This document shows positions 1 to 11,002 of a DNA stretch of 46,601 nt, piece by piece. How positions within the stretch are numbered: position 1 is the stretch's first letter; every line of letters starts with the position of its first letter. Under the pieces are notes generated by a model that had not been told where the DNA came from, ran no database searches, and saw only the letters and a program-made list of their open reading frames with translations. The stretch lies in assembly GCA_016927455.1 (NCBI GenBank), contig JAFGMQ010000009.1, positions 1 through 46,601 on the forward strand, given 5' to 3'. Both the position numbers and the translations under genes were made by a program. Origin of the DNA: Deltaproteobacteria bacterium (lineage in GTDB: Bacteria; Desulfobacterota; DSM-4660; Desulfatiglandales; Desulfatiglandaceae).

Positions 1-1
1 A

Positions 2-1009
2 AAACTGCTTCTGCCGGCAGTAAAAAGGGTTCTGTCCCAGATCCACGAAATTGAAAGATCAAAACGGATTATCAATGGACTTACAAGACGTTTAGAGGAA
101 CTGAGCATCCCGACAACCCAGTTCTTCGAAGAAGAAAAACCTGCCGGGAAAAAAACCGATATGCTTGACGAGGTTGTTTTTGTATTCAAGCGCGGCGAAA
201 TTGAACTCCCTGCAATTCCCTCGCTGAGCCTTAAATTCCAGGAATTGATGAACAGGGGAGCAGATCTCCGGCAAATCGGTGAGTTGCTTAAACAGGATAT
301 GGCCTTATCTTCAAAGCTTATAAGCGTGTCAAATTCTGCTTTTTACAGGGGGCTGGTAGAAAGTAAGAATGTCGCCAATGCCATCAGCCGCCTGGGACTG
401 AAAAATACAAAACGATATGTCGATGCAATCTGCACCCGATCCCTTTATACAACAAAGAACAAAAGGTTCCTGAGTCTGTTGCAGAGGCTGTGGGAACACT
501 CTCTTGCATGTGCCTATGCCTCCCAGATTCTTACAGATGTCATGGATATTGAAATTGAAAACGATGCCTTTACAATGGGCCTGCTCCACGATATCGGCCG
601 CCTTCTGCTGCTGCAGATTATCGCTGACCTGCAGTTGAAAAAGAAGATAGGGGAAACGATTGACAATGCTGAATTATCGAATACGGTGGACATGAATCAC
701 GGAAAATTCGGGGCTGCGCTCCTTGAAAACTGGGAATTTTCCGAAAGCATTATGCGGGTTGCAGCCTTTCATGACAACCTGAACGCAGCCGATTCAATAA
801 ATAATGATCTTCTGGTAGTTCATTTCAGTAACCTGATGGTAAAATCCATGGGATTTTATCCGACAGAACAGGGAGATAATCAACTGCAGGAACTAGACCT
901 TGCAGATATTGAATCCGCGCGTATCCTGAAACTGGATGCTTCATTAATAGAAGGGCTTAAAACCAGGGTATCTGAGTTTATGAAAGAGCTGAGAATACTC
1001 TTTATCTGA
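2..1009 (+). CDS. HDOD-domain signalling protein, probably 5'-truncated by the window edge
   Basis: The track ORF is 161..1009. The same frame has no stop back to nt 2 and there is no Shine-Dalgarno before the ATG at 161, so the gene likely starts upstream of the window. It shows an HDOD-like pattern (LPAIPSLSLKFQELM, MGLLHDIGRLLLLQ, HGKFGAALLENW). Confidence 0.75.
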   Translation, partial: KLLLPAVKRVLSQIHEIERSKRIINGLTRRLEELSIPTTQFFEEEKPAGKKTDMLDEVVFVFKRGEIELPAIPSLSLKFQELMNRGADLRQIGELLKQDMALSSKLISVSNSAFYRGLVESKNVANAISRLGLKNTKRYVDAICTRSLYTTKNKRFLSLLQRLWEHSLACAYASQILTDVMDIEIENDAFTMGLLHDIGRLLLLQIIADLQLKKKIGETIDNAELSNTVDMNHGKFGAALLENWEFSESIMRVAAFHDNLNAADSINNDLLVVHFSNLMVKSMGFYPTEQGDNQLQELDLADIESARILKLDASLIEGLKTRVSEFMKELRILFI

Positions 1010-1607
1010 TTTTCTTCTTCACCAGGGCAGTTGCGGAGTATTCATATTTTGATGGAACCTTAAAAGTCGTTATTCAGGTAAAATACTGCATAACAATTTT
1101 ATTGCTGTATCCTCCAGAGGTCCAGCAAGCTTTATTTCATTTCAAATCCCCCTGACATCATGGTGAGAGATCTTGAGATCTTGTATGTTTAAAGAGAAAC
1201 ATCCTTGGATCTTCTAAGCCTTGCCACTGCTTAGTGGGAAACGGAAATTTTATAAAAAGATCTGTTGGTAATTTTGGCCTTTTGAAACATGATATAAAAA
1301 TGATAGATTAAACAAAGAGAATATATTTAAGGTGCAGGTTATTCCATCACCTATCAGGTGCTGGATTGTGATTTTTATACTGATTCCTGCATTAATGACT
1401 CTGGATGCCGGTTTTTCGGGAATAAGAGCATTATGGATAATTCGACTTTTTGGTATATTGCTAACACTGGTAATGCAGAATTCCTGCCCTTCGTAAATTG
1501 AATATTACTGAAAAATAAAACCGTTTGCTTTTAGATTTCATCAGAATTCTTCTCATTAATCTATTTTCTATAATTGATTTTTTCCAGACCCAGGCAGATC
1601 AGATAAG

Positions 1608-3896
1608 ATGTCAAAGAAAGATCACTCCAATACCAGCAAATCTGGTGAAGGACATAAGAAAAAGCACACGATCTCCAGAGATCTGGTAATCAGCCTTGTT
1701 TCGGTTGTGGTTGCCGTTTCCTGCCTGCTTATATATCTAAACTACTGGATTATATCAAGGAATGCGCAGAGAGAGCTTCAGCAAAAGACAGACGATTATT
1801 TGTCCTATCTGGTCGACAGCCTCGAATTGCCAATCTGGAATTTTGATGAGGAAAGCATCGGTAAAATTGCCCAGTCCTATTTCAGTAATGAAATCATTGC
1901 TAAACTAGTTATAACTGATCCTGGCGGCAGAGTATTGTTCGACAGGTTCTATGAAAACGAAAATGCGCTGGTAACCAGATCAGGATGGGTGCTCCATGAC
2001 GGCAAGGTAATAGGCCATGTTGAACTGGGATTAACTTCAAGGTTTTACAGGCAGAATAATAATCGATTATTATGGTCAAGCATACTGACGATGCTTGTAG
2101 TAATTCTTTCCATCATCGGGATGACTAGATTCCTGTTCCGAATCCTATTGAAAAACCCCCTTGATTACCTGATAAAAGGTATCGATAGACTCGCCGGCGG
2201 AGATTATGAATACCGGTTTCCTGAAGTAAAACAACTTGAAATCGACGCGATAATTTCAAGATTTAATATCATGGCTGAAAGGATTAAAGGCCGTGAAAGG
2301 TCGCTGACAGAAATGAATAAACGGCTTGAAGACGAAATAGTCCAGCGGAAGGCAACGGAAGCGGCACTAAGGGACAGCGAAGCAAAATACCGGAACATTC
2401 TTGAAAGCATGGAGGAAGGCTATTTTGAAGTTGATCTTGCCGGAAATCTCACATTTTTTAATGATTCAGTTTGTAGAATATCAGGTTACACTCGTGATGA
2501 ATTGATGGGCATGAATAACAGGATATTCTCAAGGCCTGAAGCAAGCAAAAAAATGTATATGGTCTTTCGCGAAGTTTATGAAACCGGAATGCCGACAAAA
2601 ATGACGGAACAGGAAATCATAAGAAAAGACGGCAGAATGGGAATCCTTGAGATGTCTGTCTCCTTAATCAGGGACTCTATCAAGAACCCGGTCGGATTCA
2701 GAGGTGTTGTCAGGGATGTGACAGAGCGTAAAATTGCAGGCGAAGAGAGAATGAGGCTTGAATCGCGGCTTCAGCATGCCCAGAGGATGGAGGCGATAGG
2801 TACCCTGGCCGGCGGAATTGCCCATGACTTCAATAATCTGCTGATGGGTATCCAGGGAAATGTTTCCCTTGCCCTTTTGAATACTGATGTTAACAGTCCT
2901 GATTATGAAAAATTGAAACATATAGAAGAATATGTCCAGACTGGAGCAGATGTTACCAAACAGCTGTTGGGACTCGCAAAAGGGGGAAAATATGAAGTTA
3001 AACCTTCGGATATTAATGCCCTGATAAAACAGGGATCTGAAATGTTTGGACGTACCAGAAAGGAAATACAGATAAATTCCAAATTCCAGGAAGATGTATG
3101 GACTTTAGAAATAGATCAGGGACAGATCGGTCAGGCGATGCTGAATCTATATGTAAATGCATGGCAGGCGATGCCGGCAGGCGGTGATTTGTTTCTTGAA
3201 ACTCAGAATGTTGTTCTTCGTGAAGATTTTGTAAAGCCTTTTGGAGTACCCCCCGGCAAATATGTAAAGATATCCGTTGTTGACAACGGATCCGGGATGG
3301 ATGAGGAAATAAAGAAAAAGATATTCGATCCATTCTTTACGACCAGGAAGATGGGAAGGGGAACAGGCCTGGGGCTTGCTTCCGTTTACGGCATTGTTAG
3401 AAACCACGGCGGCATTATTACTGTCAACAGTGAAAAAGATGCGGGAACTGCTTTTGAGCTATATCTGCCCGCATCTGAAAAAATGCCGGAGCAACAGAAA
3501 ACATCAACAAAGAAAATGGTTGGCGGCAGTGAAACAATACTCTTTATAGATGATGAAGAAATGATTGTTGATGTTGGCATTCAAATGCTGAAGGCTTTAG
3601 GTTATAAGGTCTTTTCTGCCAGAAGCGGAACAGAGGGAGTGGAAATCTACAAAAAGAATAAAAACGAGATTGATTTAGTAATACTGGATATGATCATGCC
3701 GGAAATGGGCGGAGGGAAGACATATGATCTGCTAAAGCATGAGGCGCCAGGTGTAAAAGTTATCCTTTCAAGCGGCTACAGCCTTGATGGTCAGGCCGGT
3801 GAGATACTGAACAAAGGCTGCAACGGATTTATTCAAAAACCCTTTGACATGAAAGATCTTTCCCGTAAATTGAGAGAGGTGCTCGACAAAAATTAG
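1608..3896 (+). CDS. hybrid sensor histidine kinase with C-terminal receiver domain (2 TM, HAMP, PAS, HisKA, HATPase_c, REC)
   Basis: Two hydrophobic segments flank a ~110-aa loop, followed by a coiled coil and a PAS-like region. H-box [20 protein letters not shown]-box [11 protein letters not shown]1 [10 protein letters not shown]2 GRGTGLGLA. The receiver domain shows ILFIDDEE...[13 protein letters not shown]...VILSSGY. Confidence 0.9.
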   Translation: MSKKDHSNTSKSGEGHKKKHTISRDLVISLVSVVVAVSCLLIYLNYWIISRNAQRELQQKTDDYLSYLVDSLELPIWNFDEESIGKIAQSYFSNEIIAKLVITDPGGRVLFDRFYENENALVTRSGWVLHDGKVIGHVELGLTSRFYRQNNNRLLWSSILTMLVVILSIIGMTRFLFRILLKNPLDYLIKGIDRLAGGDYEYRFPEVKQLEIDAIISRFNIMAERIKGRERSLTEMNKRLEDEIVQRKATEAALRDSEAKYRNILESMEEGYFEVDLAGNLTFFNDSVCRISGYTRDELMGMNNRIFSRPEASKKMYMVFREVYETGMPTKMTEQEIIRKDGRMGILEMSVSLIRDSIKNPVGFRGVVRDVTERKIAGEERMRLESRLQHAQRMEAIGTLAGGIAHDFNNLLMGIQGNVSLALLNTDVNSPDYEKLKHIEEYVQTGADVTKQLLGLAKGGKYEVKPSDINALIKQGSEMFGRTRKEIQINSKFQEDVWTLEIDQGQIGQAMLNLYVNAWQAMPAGGDLFLETQNVVLREDFVKPFGVPPGKYVKISVVDNGSGMDEEIKKKIFDPFFTTRKMGRGTGLGLASVYGIVRNHGGIITVNSEKDAGTAFELYLPASEKMPEQQKTSTKKMVGGSETILFIDDEEMIVDVGIQMLKALGYKVFSARSGTEGVEIYKKNKNEIDLVILDMIMPEMGGGKTYDLLKHEAPGVKVILSSGYSLDGQAGEILNKGCNGFIQKPFDMKDLSRKLREVLDKN

Positions 3897-3971
3897 ACCA
3901 TATACTGTAAGGTTACTTAAAACTTCCGAAAAGGTTTAGGATGGGATTTGCAATTTCCAATTAAATTATTT

Positions 3972-6900
3972 TCAGGTGAGTGAATTTTCCTCAATTAAAT
4001 CTTTCCTTAAATGAGTGATTAAATCCGGTGAGGGGATGTCCCTGTATACCCCAAAGTGAGGTGCGGTTTCAGGATGTACTCCGCGAAGAAATAGATAGAA
4101 AACCCCCCCGAAATTCTCTTCATAACGGTAGCCAGGCATTCTAATACGGAGGTGCTGATCCAGTGCAAGGGTATAAAGGTGGTACTGAAGGACATATAGT
4201 TCCCTGTTCATAACCTCGGAAAGAGCTTTCTGATTATAGGCCTCAAGACTGTCTCCAAGAAAATTGGATTTCCAGTCCACCAGATAAAACCGGTTATTCC
4301 ATTTAAAAACAAGATCAATAAATCCCCTCATGAATCCCCTTGTCGGCTCAAAGACAAGGTGCCCAATTTGTGTCCAAAGATTCACGGCAGGATTCGAAGT
4401 AAAATGTTCAATAAATATGTTTCTTAACTTTTCGGGTGTTGTTCGTTTCAAGGGAAAGTAAAATTCCAGTTCATTAAGCCTTTCGTGCTTCCCAAGATGA
4501 GACAGGTCAAAGCCCTCAATGCAGGGGTCCAGAGGAGCAAGGATAACGTTTTCAATCATTCTGCAAACAGGTTCCTGCCATTCAGGTTCATAGCCGTATT
4601 CGGCAAGGCGGTCTGCTACAAGAGCCCCTGTACTGACAGGGTCCCTTGAAGAGAAATCCAGACGCTCAAGGACATCATGAAGAAATATCCCTGCCCTTGT
4701 CCCTTTTGGGAAGGAAAATATGTCTTTGTAATTTTTTTCGTAAATTGATTCCTCATCAACCTTCTGTTTCACAGCGTCAGCCTGGTTGACGGCATCTCTG
4801 TCAGGTATTCCTTCAAAGTGTGAAATGCCCGATATCAGAGATGAATAGCTTGAGATGCGCCAGGTCCTGTCAATCAACCTTGACAATCTCCGGCAGGAAA
4901 GATCCGGTCTCTCTTTAACCGGCGGTGAAAGTGATCTGCTTTGTCTGATGGGCATTTTCGACAATTTTATAGATCCGTCAGCTGCGTCGCTGACATCATT
5001 GAGATCTGAGATCATATCCCGATCTTCCATTCCCTTGAACCAATGGCCCGAAAGGGCAGGGGGATTTTCTGCCTGAGAAAAAGGACCGCCCTGATGAAGA
5101 AGATATGAAATCGAGGAGGTATCAGCATCTTTAAATCGTCCCCAGGCAAGATAACAGCGGTTTTTTGCCCTGGTTAAAGCTACATACAAAAGCCTGAGGT
5201 TCTCAGCCAGAGCCTCCTTTTCATAGGTCATCAGGTTTGCATCTCTTTCATCTGATCCCAGATCAAGGGTCAGCCTCATATTGTCTTTCTCGTCGTGGAA
5301 TGCAAAGGGTTCTTTAGGATTCCTTATCATTGAACCGTCCCAGGAAAAAGGGCAGAACACAATAGGATATTCAAGCCCTTTACTCTTATGGATGGTTACA
5401 ATCTTTACTGCATTTTCGTCACTTTCCAGGCGCAGCTGATGTTCTTCTGAACGCGCCATATCTGGAGATCTCTGTTCACAAAGCCATTTCAGCAATCCTG
5501 TCATGCCCAGTTTTTTTTCAACGGAGATGCGATGCAGAATCTCTGATAGATGCAGCAGGTTAGTGATGCTTCGTTCTCCGCCAGGAAAGGACATGAGTCT
5601 CTCAAGCACATTCTCCTTTATAAGGAGTTGCCTGAACATCCCTACAAATCCCCGTTCGCGCCAGAGTTCGTGATACATGGTGAACCTTCCAGGCCATGTT
5701 TCCCACAAGCTTTCACTCTCAACAGAGCAGTCAAAATATTCCCCTCTGATGCCAATTATATCTGTTGAAAGGGCCGCCTTTATGCTCCTTTCGTCGTTCG
5801 GATTAATGATTCCGCCAAGGACACGTTCAATTTCCATGGCCTCATTTGAATCAAAAAGATTGCCGGTACTGAAAAGGACGCTGGGCAAAGGAATTTCCGA
5901 AAGGGCCTTTTGGACCATCTTTGCCTCGGCGTTTGTCCTCACCAGAACAGCAATATCTCCTTCAACAAGCGCTCTTTCCCCGAGAATAATTCTGCCCTCT
6001 CTGCCCAGACTGATAATTTCTGAAATTTCGGCTGCTAAAGACCTTATTATCAGTTCCCTTGCCCTTCCCTTGCTGATTGCCTTTCCGGATTCAGTTTCAT
6101 CGTCTTCATTTAAAAACCAGAGATGAAAAGAAGGTTCGGATTTTCCGTCTATTATTAGAGATTGAGAATGTATCTTAATCGCGGGAGCCACGGGTTTGAA
6201 CAGGATTTGATCATATACGAACGGGAGGTCTGTTCTTGAAAAAATCGCGTTGACAGCGCTGACCAGACCTGGTTCTGAACGCCAGTTTTTTCCCAGGGTA
6301 TAACGGGATTGCACGTCGCTTGCGGCATCTATGTAAGTGAAAATGTCTGCACCACGAAAACCGTATATTGCCTGTTTGGGATCGCCAATCAGGAAGAGGC
6401 TGCTTTTATTTTCTCCGAATAGCCTTTTGAAAATCCCATACTGTACAGGGTCAGTGTCCTGAAATTCATCAATAAGAGCTGCCTTGAATTCATTTCTAAT
6501 TGCCTTTTTAAGTCCATCTCCTTCATCATCCTCAAGGGCTTTTTTCAGATTCATAAGAAGGTCATCAAAAGACTGAAGATTTCTGTCCAGCTTTCTGCTG
6601 CGTAATTCCCTTTCGGCGTACTGAAACAGCTCGGCCTTGAGTCCGAGGAGTCGACGATCAAAAGCCCTTTGGAGTTTCAGCTTTAATTGCATCAGAGTTT
6701 CACACTGCTCAAAGAATTCATGGTCTGGGGGTGACTTCCCCTTTTTAACTGATGATTTGACCATGCTTGATGTGAATTTTTCAAACCCATTGAAAAGCAA
6801 AAGATTCCGGCTTGATGATTCGGAAAAGTCATCCATGCGGTCGATCCACACTGGCACCCTGTCCGTTCGATATCTGGTTCTGTTAAGTCCATCATTCAAA

Positions 6901-7628
6901 GTGACGATCTCAATGATTTCCGGCCTTGCCGCCCTCCATCTGTTACGCACCTTATCAAGGACAGCAGTAAATTCCTCTTCCAGCTTTGATGTATCAGGAA
7001 TTTCTACCGGGGGAATAATCTTAAGGTATGGCTGGGCAATCCTTCCCCCCAAAAGTAACAGAAGCCTTGTTGGTCTGAATTTGCTTTCAATTGCATACCT
7101 TACAAAAAGGGGAGATGCCCTGTAGAAATTGTTTCGCCAGAAATCATCGCCGATTTCTTTCGTGATATTGCTAAGATCAGCAAGGATCTCCGTATCAAAG
7201 AGGGTCCCGCTTTCAAAGGCATGTTTCTGCAGCATTTGCCTGCAGAATCCGTGAATGGTGAATATTGCAGCCTGGTCAAAAGCCCGAAGGGACTCTTTCA
7301 GGATTTTCAGGGCAGTATCTGGACTCTTGTTTCTCTCAGCAAGATCATTGAGGAACAAATCTTCAGTCAATTTTCCGGAAAATGCTCTTACGGCCTGACG
7401 AAGCCTGCTTCGAATCCTGTCTTTGAGCTCCTGCGTTGCAGCTTCTGTGAATGTGACTACGAGGATTTCATTCAAAGAAAGGCTTTTTTCCAGAAGCAGT
7501 CTCAGAAAAAGCCCCGTTATGGCATAGGTTTTTCCGGTACCTGCGCTGGCCTCAATTAGATTGGTCCCGGAAAGGGGCGTGCTCAGAAGATCAAAATCAG
7601 GCAGGATCCCTTTTGTCTTTTTCATCAT
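3972..7628 (-). CDS. recB: exodeoxyribonuclease V beta subunit RecB (helicase-nuclease)
   Basis: 1218 aa. The N-terminal Walker A motif LIEASAGTGKTY is typical of RecB/UvrD-family helicases. The C-terminal RecB nuclease motif GFIDLVFKWNNRFYLVDWKSNFLG resembles E. coli GFIDLVFRH..YYLLDYKSNWLG. The start ATG overlaps the recC stop (ATGA at 7625-7628). Confidence 0.9.
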   Translation of the reverse strand: MMKKTKGILPDFDLLSTPLSGTNLIEASAGTGKTYAITGLFLRLLLEKSLSLNEILVVTFTEAATQELKDRIRSRLRQAVRAFSGKLTEDLFLNDLAERNKSPDTALKILKESLRAFDQAAIFTIHGFCRQMLQKHAFESGTLFDTEILADLSNITKEIGDDFWRNNFYRASPLFVRYAIESKFRPTRLLLLLGGRIAQPYLKIIPPVEIPDTSKLEEEFTAVLDKVRNRWRAARPEIIEIVTLNDGLNRTRYRTDRVPVWIDRMDDFSESSSRNLLLFNGFEKFTSSMVKSSVKKGKSPPDHEFFEQCETLMQLKLKLQRAFDRRLLGLKAELFQYAERELRSRKLDRNLQSFDDLLMNLKKALEDDEGDGLKKAIRNEFKAALIDEFQDTDPVQYGIFKRLFGENKSSLFLIGDPKQAIYGFRGADIFTYIDAASDVQSRYTLGKNWRSEPGLVSAVNAIFSRTDLPFVYDQILFKPVAPAIKIHSQSLIIDGKSEPSFHLWFLNEDDETESGKAISKGRARELIIRSLAAEISEIISLGREGRIILGERALVEGDIAVLVRTNAEAKMVQKALSEIPLPSVLFSTGNLFDSNEAMEIERVLGGIINPNDERSIKAALSTDIIGIRGEYFDCSVESESLWETWPGRFTMYHELWRERGFVGMFRQLLIKENVLERLMSFPGGERSITNLLHLSEILHRISVEKKLGMTGLLKWLCEQRSPDMARSEEHQLRLESDENAVKIVTIHKSKGLEYPIVFCPFSWDGSMIRNPKEPFAFHDEKDNMRLTLDLGSDERDANLMTYEKEALAENLRLLYVALTRAKNRCYLAWGRFKDADTSSISYLLHQGGPFSQAENPPALSGHWFKGMEDRDMISDLNDVSDAADGSIKLSKMPIRQSRSLSPPVKERPDLSCRRLSRLIDRTWRISSYSSLISGISHFEGIPDRDAVNQADAVKQKVDEESIYEKNYKDIFSFPKGTRAGIFLHDVLERLDFSSRDPVSTGALVADRLAEYGYEPEWQEPVCRMIENVILAPLDPCIEGFDLSHLGKHERLNELEFYFPLKRTTPEKLRNIFIEHFTSNPAVNLWTQIGHLVFEPTRGFMRGFIDLVFKWNNRFYLVDWKSNFLGDSLEAYNQKALSEVMNRELYVLQYHLYTLALDQHLRIRMPGYRYEENFGGVFYLFLRGVHPETAPHFGVYRDIPSPDLITHLRKDLIEENSLT

Positions 7629-10600
7629 ACTGTATAGCCTGTTAAATTTGCTTCTGTTTCATGTTCCATAAGAGGCATGAGTATTTCTTCTGTTATGCAC
7701 TTGAATTCTTTGTCAAGAGGGTCGATTTTGCTGAAACATAATTTGTAATACTCATCTTCACATTCACCGCTTCCATCAATATATTCATTGCCAATCCATA
7801 TTTTGCGGGCTGAGGCAATTGCATTTTTGTCCGGGTTTGTTATCAGCATTCGGGCGTATTCGAATGATGACCCGGGAAAGAAATGAAGCGGGTGCACAAG
7901 GCCTTTCCAATAGTACTCAAGGATTATGCCAAGGATATTCCTGCATTTTTCTTCAGACAGAGGCATGTATTTGTATGCAGTCAAATTGCGTTCGCCTCTG
8001 GATTTTTCAAGGCCGAAAAGCATTGTTGTCTGAGGGTATCCAAAAGGCTTCATATTATTGAGTACCAAATGATGAATCCATGCATTGAGTCTGTCTTTGG
8101 GCTTTATCCCTGCATAGCGGTATAGAATCATATATTTTTCATAAAGGCCCTGGATTCGACCTGTCAGTCTGAAACCGGACTGGTTGAGATCAGCATCAAG
8201 AGGGTCAAGCGGTGTGCCCTTCATATAATCGGTTGTGTTTCTAACAAACCTTTCTATATCCCCGCTGATATCCTCAAAAAGGCATTCTCCAACTGCGCCG
8301 TGGGGAAGCTTGCCAGAGGCATTCATGATAATCCGAAAATCTTTGATATTGCAGCCGTTAAAGCTTCTTTTAACAAGATCCTGCTCAAGCTGGTATCTTT
8401 CCAGTCCATCCAAGTCAAAAGTCTCCGTATCTGACAACATTGATATGTTATCATCAAGATGGATATTCAGGCGCTTTGTAAGCAGATATCTTGCCGGATT
8501 GCGGAAAAAGGATGCCAGATCTTCAATATCAACAATTTTCCAGTCTTCTTCAGGCGTTGAAATATCTCTTGAAAGAAAAGGGGCAGGTGGATTGCGTTCC
8601 TGCAGAATGCACCGTGCAGCATTAAGGTTTTCCTGCGAATAGCTGAAGAGCCTGCCGTTCTCCATAAAATATTCAGGATTAAATGCCTGCAGCCGGTGTT
8701 TTGTGACAATATTTTCCAGAATATTTTCTCCGGGGATCTCAAAACCCTGTTCAACATAATCCAAAAGTTCACTTACTAAAACGGAAGGCGGTATGATGCT
8801 GTTGTCCTGGATGCTTTGCCCAACATGACTGATGTATAGTTTTTCTCTGGCCGACAGGATTGACTCCAGAAACAGATATCTGTCGTCATCACGTCTTGAT
8901 CGGTCCCCTGCCCGAGGATATTCAGCTATAAGATCGAACCCTGTTTGTCTGGTCTGTCTTGGATATGCATCGTTATTCATGCCGACAAGACAGATGACCT
9001 TAAAGGGGATGCTGCGCATTGGGAGCATGGCGCAGAATGTGATCCCGCCGGTAATATATCCGGGAAAAAAAGCCTCTTTTTCGAAATTCTGCATCAGGAA
9101 ATACCTGATGACTTTTACGTCAACCGTGCCGTAAAAGCCCGAAATCCTTTCTGTATCTTTCAGGTTTCTCAGTGTACTGCGTATTGTCTGAAATTCTTGC
9201 TCCGAGGCCTCGTCCGGCAAGAAGAGGTCATCAAAAAGGTTCTTTAATGTATCAGACCATTCACTGAGTGTACGGGTTATTTTAAGAGACGTAACATGTA
9301 AAAAAAGGCGGTCAAGAAACTCCGCGAATCTCCCCAGGGTTGACGCATCGCTCCCTTCCACATGGTCATAAGGAAGAATGCCTGCAAACATTTTTTCATC
9401 CTGGCCCGGCATGGCATAACCGAGAATAAGCCTTTGGATGCCAGCATTCCAGGTGTTTTCCTCAAAGTCAGGCAAACCCAGTTCAGCAAGGCTTTTCCCG
9501 TCCATTCCCCGTCTGATATTGGTTCCCTGCACCCATCTGCGCACTCCTTCAAGATCAGTTTCCCCCAGACCGAATCTTCTCTGCACAGCAGGTGATTCAA
9601 GCAGAGTCATGACCTCTGAAGCGCTGAAACGACTGCCGCAAAGATCAATGACCGCCAGGAATAAGTCTGCTGTGGTGCCTTCATTTCTGAATGTTCTGTC
9701 CGCAATGCTGAAAGGGATACTGTCCATGTAGCCGGCGGGAGTATCAAATACCGCCTGAATATAGGGAGTATAGGTCTCAATGTCAGGGGCCATTACAAGG
9801 ATGTCGCATGGATCAAGATCCGGGTCATTATCAAGCAGATTGAGGATCTGGTCTCTAAGTGCCTCCATTTCGCGCATGGGGCTGTGACATGAATGTACCT
9901 GTAGTGAAAAGTCGTTTGTGTCAATGGCCCGTTTATTATGTGATTCATCCTGAATATCCCGAAGGTCAAGGATATCCGACTGGATACATGAAAGGAGGCT
10001 GTTGTTACCCGGGTCTATGAAAAGCTCGGACTCTTCGAAAGGAAATTCATTTATCAGACTGAAAAAATCCCTCCCGAGCTTTCCCATTGACGCGAGCAGG
10101 CTGTTGCCTTTTTCAATATGGAGCGCTTCAATTTCAGGATTATGGCCCCCTGTTTTCACAGCTGCCTTGGCCATGTCACGATCGGAAAATATATCTCCCC
10201 AGTATTCCCTGCACGGATTCATAAGGAAAATATTGACCTGAGTGAATTTGGAAAGGGCTGAAAATACCTGAATGTAAAACCGGGGAAGAGCGGAAATACC
10301 GAATACAGATATTCTTTCAGGCAGACACCTTATGCTCGTTTCAGGCCTTTCAAGTGCTTCAAAAAGGGCCTTTGCCAGCGCGGCATGGTGTCTTTCCCCA
10401 TCCTCTTTAACAAGTTCTCTCCACAACATGGCCTGCCAGTGGTTCTCTTCGCCGTTTTCCCACCTGAAGATCATTTCAGGACGGAAAAGAAGGTATTGAT
10501 CAAATACATCTGCAATTCGTTCTGCAAGCTGATAGCTCTTTAACAGGTCAGGCACATTTTTAATATATGCCCTCAGGGGATTAAAAGCAGGCTTTTGAAT

Positions 10601-10909
10601 GAGAGAAGGAAGTACCTCCATGATCCTCCAGGCCATGATTCCGGGTTCGTATGATGATTTTCCTGGAAGGTCAGAAACGATTTCGCTGAAAATTTCATTA
10701 ATAAACGCGTTGGGAAAAGGAAAGCACATATTTGAACAGATACCGCATCTCCGGGCGATTTCCATAGAAAGCCAGCGTTCCATGCCTTTGCTCTGTACAA
10801 GGACAGTCTCGGTTTCAAAAGGCGAGCCAAGAGGGGTGCTGATAAGGTCTGCGAGCTTTTCGGCAAGTATCTCAAGTCGATTGCTTGTAAAAAGTCTCAG
10901 GCCGAACAA
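7625..10909 (-). CDS. recC: exodeoxyribonuclease V gamma subunit RecC
   Basis: 1094 aa. The N-terminus LFTSNRLEILAEKLADLI resembles the RecC N-terminus (..YHSNRLDVL..). Size and position immediately upstream of recB, and translationally coupled to it, fit RecC. Confidence 0.85.
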   Translation of the reverse strand: MFGLRLFTSNRLEILAEKLADLISTPLGSPFETETVLVQSKGMERWLSMEIARRCGICSNMCFPFPNAFINEIFSEIVSDLPGKSSYEPGIMAWRIMEVLPSLIQKPAFNPLRAYIKNVPDLLKSYQLAERIADVFDQYLLFRPEMIFRWENGEENHWQAMLWRELVKEDGERHHAALAKALFEALERPETSIRCLPERISVFGISALPRFYIQVFSALSKFTQVNIFLMNPCREYWGDIFSDRDMAKAAVKTGGHNPEIEALHIEKGNSLLASMGKLGRDFFSLINEFPFEESELFIDPGNNSLLSCIQSDILDLRDIQDESHNKRAIDTNDFSLQVHSCHSPMREMEALRDQILNLLDNDPDLDPCDILVMAPDIETYTPYIQAVFDTPAGYMDSIPFSIADRTFRNEGTTADLFLAVIDLCGSRFSASEVMTLLESPAVQRRFGLGETDLEGVRRWVQGTNIRRGMDGKSLAELGLPDFEENTWNAGIQRLILGYAMPGQDEKMFAGILPYDHVEGSDASTLGRFAEFLDRLFLHVTSLKITRTLSEWSDTLKNLFDDLFLPDEASEQEFQTIRSTLRNLKDTERISGFYGTVDVKVIRYFLMQNFEKEAFFPGYITGGITFCAMLPMRSIPFKVICLVGMNNDAYPRQTRQTGFDLIAEYPRAGDRSRRDDDRYLFLESILSAREKLYISHVGQSIQDNSIIPPSVLVSELLDYVEQGFEIPGENILENIVTKHRLQAFNPEYFMENGRLFSYSQENLNAARCILQERNPPAPFLSRDISTPEEDWKIVDIEDLASFFRNPARYLLTKRLNIHLDDNISMLSDTETFDLDGLERYQLEQDLVKRSFNGCNIKDFRIIMNASGKLPHGAVGECLFEDISGDIERFVRNTTDYMKGTPLDPLDADLNQSGFRLTGRIQGLYEKYMILYRYAGIKPKDRLNAWIHHLVLNNMKPFGYPQTTMLFGLEKSRGERNLTAYKYMPLSEEKCRNILGIILEYYWKGLVHPLHFFPGSSFEYARMLITNPDKNAIASARKIWIGNEYIDGSGECEDEYYKLCFSKIDPLDKEFKCITEEILMPLMEHETEANLTGYTV

Positions 10910-11002
10910 ATAAGACTCCTGTGATCGTATTGCTGATCGAAAAAGCTTACGGTTTTAGGGTGTCTGATTCTCGGCCACAGCAAAAGGATGCATATCCTGT
11001 CA

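Noticed and set aside
1451-1462. TGGTATATTGCT, which resembles a sigma54 -24/-12 element, upstream of the sensor kinase.
   Set aside because: The GG-to-GC spacing is 4 nt too short for the TGGCAC-N5-TTGC geometry.
1332-1496. A 54-codon GTG-initiated hydrophobic ORF in the spacer before the sensor kinase.
   Set aside because: There is no convincing SD, and I have no conservation information. Hydrophobicity alone in an AT-rich spacer is not evidence. It is mentioned only as something to test.
3897-3971. A possible bidirectional terminator between the convergent kinase and recB genes (AAACTT..AAGGTTT).
   Set aside because: It is only an imperfect 6-bp AT-rich stem with a bulge, which is not supportable.
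4855-10913. Many 60-160-aa plus-strand ORFs inside recB and recC (e.g. 5677..6126, 6637..7125, 8235..8642).
   Set aside because: They are shadow ORFs fully embedded in two long, well-supported minus-strand genes, with low-complexity Ser/Leu/Arg-rich translations and no start-site signals.
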